Source: Mantamonas sphyraenae STR306
Taxonomy: Eukaryota; Protista; CRuMs
NCBI GenBank assembly: GCA_026936335.1
Contig: JAPMXV010000031.1
Coordinates: forward strand, 248,001 to 312,000
Direction: 5' to 3'
DNA length: 64,000 nt
Under the pieces are notes generated by a model. It did no database searches. It had not been told where the DNA came from and saw only the letters and a program-made list of their open reading frames with translations. Positions 62,101-64,000 of this stretch are shown piece after piece. The position numbers and the translations under genes are program-made. Position 1 is the stretch's first letter. Each line of letters opens with the position of its first letter.

Positions 62101-63420
62101 CTGCAACTCCCTTTCCCTGGCCAACGCCGCCTGAAGCCTGTCCTCCAACCCCATGCGGATGCTGCCAAACTTTGCATAATCATCCAGCAGACGCGAACGA
62201 GCCATGGCTTCGCTACGCACCACCTCGTTCATCCCCTGATTGGTCAGTTTCAACGATCGGATGGTCTCCTCCAGCTCTTCGATGCGTGTGTCCTTGGCAT
62301 GCACGGTGTCACGCAGTCCGTCGATGGTCCCCTGCAACTCCTTCAACCGCTCCACGTTGCGTTTGTTCTGCTTGTTCTCGTTGATATACAGGGAGGAGGT
62401 TTCACGCAGTTCAAACTCAAGGGCCCGTTTCACCTGCGTCAACTCCTCCACGTCGCGGCTGCTCATGGCGTTGCTCGATTTCTTGCTGTCCAGCTCCGCA
62501 CGCAGGTCACGAATGATTTCCACCAGCCGTTGCTGCTTCTTTGCCTCTTCTCCCATGGCATGGTTCATCTGCGCAATCTTTGTGTCGTACTGCGAGTTGG
62601 TTTGCAGCAGTTTGGCCCGTTCCGCGTGCCAGCCTTCCGTTTCCCCCAACAGATCCTGGATGCGAGCAGCCAACATGTCGTTCTTCCTCTCCAGGTCATG
62701 GGCTCGCACCTGGGTCTTGGACCAGCCTGCACTCACACGCACCAGGCTGTTCTTGACCCGCACCAGCTCCCGAAGTTTGTCCTCGTGCCGTTCGCTCATC
62801 TCCTTGTGGTTCATGTACAACAGGTACACCCCTGCACGCAACGACGTCATGTCCAGTCTCTTTCTCCGTGTCCTCCGTGTCTCATTCCGTCCCTTTTTCT
62901 TCTCCTTCGGAATCAACTCCAGTTCCGTCAGCAGCTCGCGCACTTTGTTGTCCAACTTCGCCTCCTCCAGGCCCTCTGGCATGCGTGTGTTCCACCCACG
63001 TGCTCGATGCACTGCAAGCACACTCTCCAAACTCAGCTCCGAGTCCAGAAACTCCGTGTTGGTCACAGACGTCCCTGCCAGCGTCGGAACCTGCACCGTC
63101 ACCGAACCCCTCCTCCGTCCGGGCGACCTTCCCGCTCCGGGCGACACCGATGAACTGCCACCCAACGTCGACTCAAACAGAAATGGTGGCGACTGTCGTC
63201 CACTCGATGATGGCGACGATGTGCGTGACCACCCTGACGACGACGCCGTCGAGGTCATCGGCTCCAAAAGAGCCGTTGATTCGCCGCCTTCCACCTCCCT
63301 ATGCGACGACGATGCCTCTTCATCGTCAGCGGTCCCCGTCCCATTCTGCTCCGTATGTATTTGCACCGTCTCCTGCTCCTGTTCCACCTCCTGGGCGCTC
63401 TCCTCGGCGATCGGGTCCAT
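59155..63420 (-). CDS. Long coiled-coil protein with TPR repeats and low-complexity linkers
   Basis: About 350 aa of heptad-rich coiled coil; TPR-like GQFVECVQALESVLSSREELFG..H and NTFGMYFYKRRMYGAAVSYLRKAL. Start at MDPIAEE (63420). Confidence 0.8.
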   Translation of the reverse strand: MDPIAEESAQEVEQEQETVQIHTEQNGTGTADDEEASSSHREVEGGESTALLEPMTSTASSSGWSRTSSPSSSGRQSPPFLFESTLGGSSSVSPGAGRSPGRRRGSVTVQVPTLAGTSVTNTEFLDSELSLESVLAVHRARGWNTRMPEGLEEAKLDNKVRELLTELELIPKEKKKGRNETRRTRRKRLDMTSLRAGVYLLYMNHKEMSERHEDKLRELVRVKNSLVRVSAGWSKTQVRAHDLERKNDMLAARIQDLLGETEGWHAERAKLLQTNSQYDTKIAQMNHAMGEEAKKQQRLVEIIRDLRAELDSKKSSNAMSSRDVEELTQVKRALEFELRETSSLYINENKQNKRNVERLKELQGTIDGLRDTVHAKDTRIEELEETIRSLKLTNQGMNEVVRSEAMARSRLLDDYAKFGSIRMGLEDRLQAALARERELQDALQDTKERLAETKQAWDEEVQLRKQQKTEWKDKYRAYDEQFRAIQELEEQHKTHIEQSEAQIAKLKSEKEELTRKLEVARKHDERSQREVTKLKNWKALAVLKAKRNKANSVYGVGLDDQSSMILPASASARMGHGPMSSSGSVSGGPGGGAERMPMSPWNLSMLPHSGRSSVSSQRAPSMDAGHPPMQLQRDTPDQMSMHSLLSEMTAMSGEHSSASQAGGTGHAGDSDGSGNEGGMTRKQAEEAAAYGVERDLAPSAASGSSGNNSKEKGLVEWWLTPVDAQILEEAQEGGEEEEEDTEHGQGQGKSKGKGKGKSKGKQTVGLEDERDEEEEEADEQEEDLDHAIGISNMAHVSLLKMPRATWCPLLPYGERRWRHMQPLLGAKAYEFANYYSSVIDAYPQHYEALLRMVSMNEEATRWMQHGQFVECVQALESVLSSREELFGHKHLETYLARETAVVACTVFARQCMQQDGRTEEALRLLKLGEQLLNDQKTPNRSEMRIMVQNTFGMYFYKRRMYGAAVSYLRKALTAGRARKMGVVELCALNCRVGASLELQGRHLDAKGVLEQCLEQLDFYFSVREREEGGDGSSSGASTPLPQRNRQGNMEEEARDVWTALKPPNGSGRRKSGKRRGGAGGAAGGHEEDDDGPLAGGRGGGRRRSTSMGSSGSNRSADGGMTRSRSGSEHVLGASGSVDPHIVVTGSPTATASPTQLKGLQGVSRSTSLVEEGGEGRSQAPTRERARRQLLSVDGMDDHPGTEELEGEDEEDEEDEEERREREAKRKRMDADAHLVRSHVLWNLAVVLKAIGTPDEVRSVVEQCRDSLLGTEGTVSRAWNGRFSRMQEFMKDREAREKEKRKQAAEVRKKRKEAAAGTAEREKKRKGSSGRPQSAHAKLASKGGRKSTSGGGGRRPMSARPTLARRRNVEGISVRVAHDDDDEQGEQGEDGGGEEEVIDLSRVEIKEARRRGKKPRRPQTAR

Positions 63421-63501
63421 GGCTTCGTTTGGCGGCGTCGGCGGCGGCGGCGGCAACGACCACAACCACCACTGCCCACATCGTGAGACACCACCACCAA
63501 A

Positions 63502-64000
63502 ATGACCACCGGGTATCGTCCCCTCCATGCCTCGCTGACGATGATGATGATGATGATGATTGCAGCTGTGCTGTGCCTGAGTGTGTGCACCGCGCTGGCG
63601 GCTGATGCGGCGTGGGAAGAGCACGAGCGCAACGTGCGCAACACTCTGCCCGACTATGGCAAACCAGAGACCCAACGCAAGCTGAAATGTTCCGGCTGCC
63701 AGGCTGTGGCTGTGGAGATCCGTGATGCACTGGTCAAACGACGTGCCAAGGCTGCCCCTGTCCACGAGTGGGACTATGACGAGATCTTTGAGCGTGTCTG
63801 CAACCAGGATCTGGAACAGTACGGACTGCAGCTGCGCAACAACAAGCCCACCACGGTGAGTATCGGAGAGTGTGTGCGAGAGAGAGCCACCAGGGACAAC
63901 GGATACACACATGGACAGTGTTGCGAGACGTGTGAATGGAGCGTGGGAGACCCGCAGAGTGTGCTGACGTCAGTTTCCGCCGCCACCGCAGGTGTTTTCC
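63502..64000 (+). CDS. 5' part of a secreted/ER saposin-like Canopy (CNPY)/MZB1-type protein (exon 63502-63855, intron 63856-63991, exon 63992->64000)
   Basis: Not in the ORF track because the frame runs off the window. It translates MTTGYRPLHASLTMMMMMMIAAVLCLSVCTALAA (signal peptide)...LKCSGCQAVAVEI...EIFERVCNQDLEQYGL. Donor gtgagt, branch gctgac, acceptor cgcag. Confidence 0.7.
   Translation, partial: MTTGYRPLHASLTMMMMMMIAAVLCLSVCTALAADAAWEEHERNVRNTLPDYGKPETQRKLKCSGCQAVAVEIRDALVKRRAKAAPVHEWDYDEIFERVCNQDLEQYGLQLRNNKPTTVSIGECVRERATRDNGYTHGQCCETCEWSVGDPQSVLTSVSAATAGVF

Noticed and set aside
63421-63912. N-terminal extension of the 1585-aa TPR ORF
   Set aside because: It is antisense to the Canopy-like gene; the real start is likely 63420.

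Overview
Very gene-dense, GC-rich (roughly 55-60% by eye) eukaryotic DNA, probably from a protist. It uses the standard code and has a few short GT-AG introns (74-235 nt, CTRAC-like branch points, often CA-rich); many intergenic gaps are only 17-115 bp. About 23 protein genes are supported: a partial gene at the left edge, a DASH/Dam1 subunit Dad3-like gene, a TM-C2 protein, TMEM164, a SAM methyltransferase, a RING-less GIDE/MUL1-like protein, a Patched/NPC1-like protein, a VPS9-GRAM protein, a small membrane protein, an ABCB half-transporter, an NDR/Dbf2-like kinase, two tandem giant surface receptors, CRY-DASH, a TM-PAS sensor, a PhnD-like protein, a 4477-aa VPS13, three tandem eEF1A-derived proteins, a VPS9/Stb6/PGBD/IQ/DH-PH protein, a coiled-coil TPR protein and a partial Canopy/MZB1-like gene. 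Two candidate novel systems stand out. (1) Three tandem eEF1A-derived pseudo-GTPases have lost all G motifs, keep domains II and III, and end in a conserved F-box-like tail. (2) Two tandem receptors with plexin-like architecture (7-blade SBBP propeller, Cys-rich segment, 9 IPT domains, multipass TM) have near-identical stalks but divergent ligand-binding propellers, and a relic of a third copy follows them. No rRNA, tRNA, CRISPR array or transposon was recognised. All family assignments come from motif recognition by eye, not from database searches.
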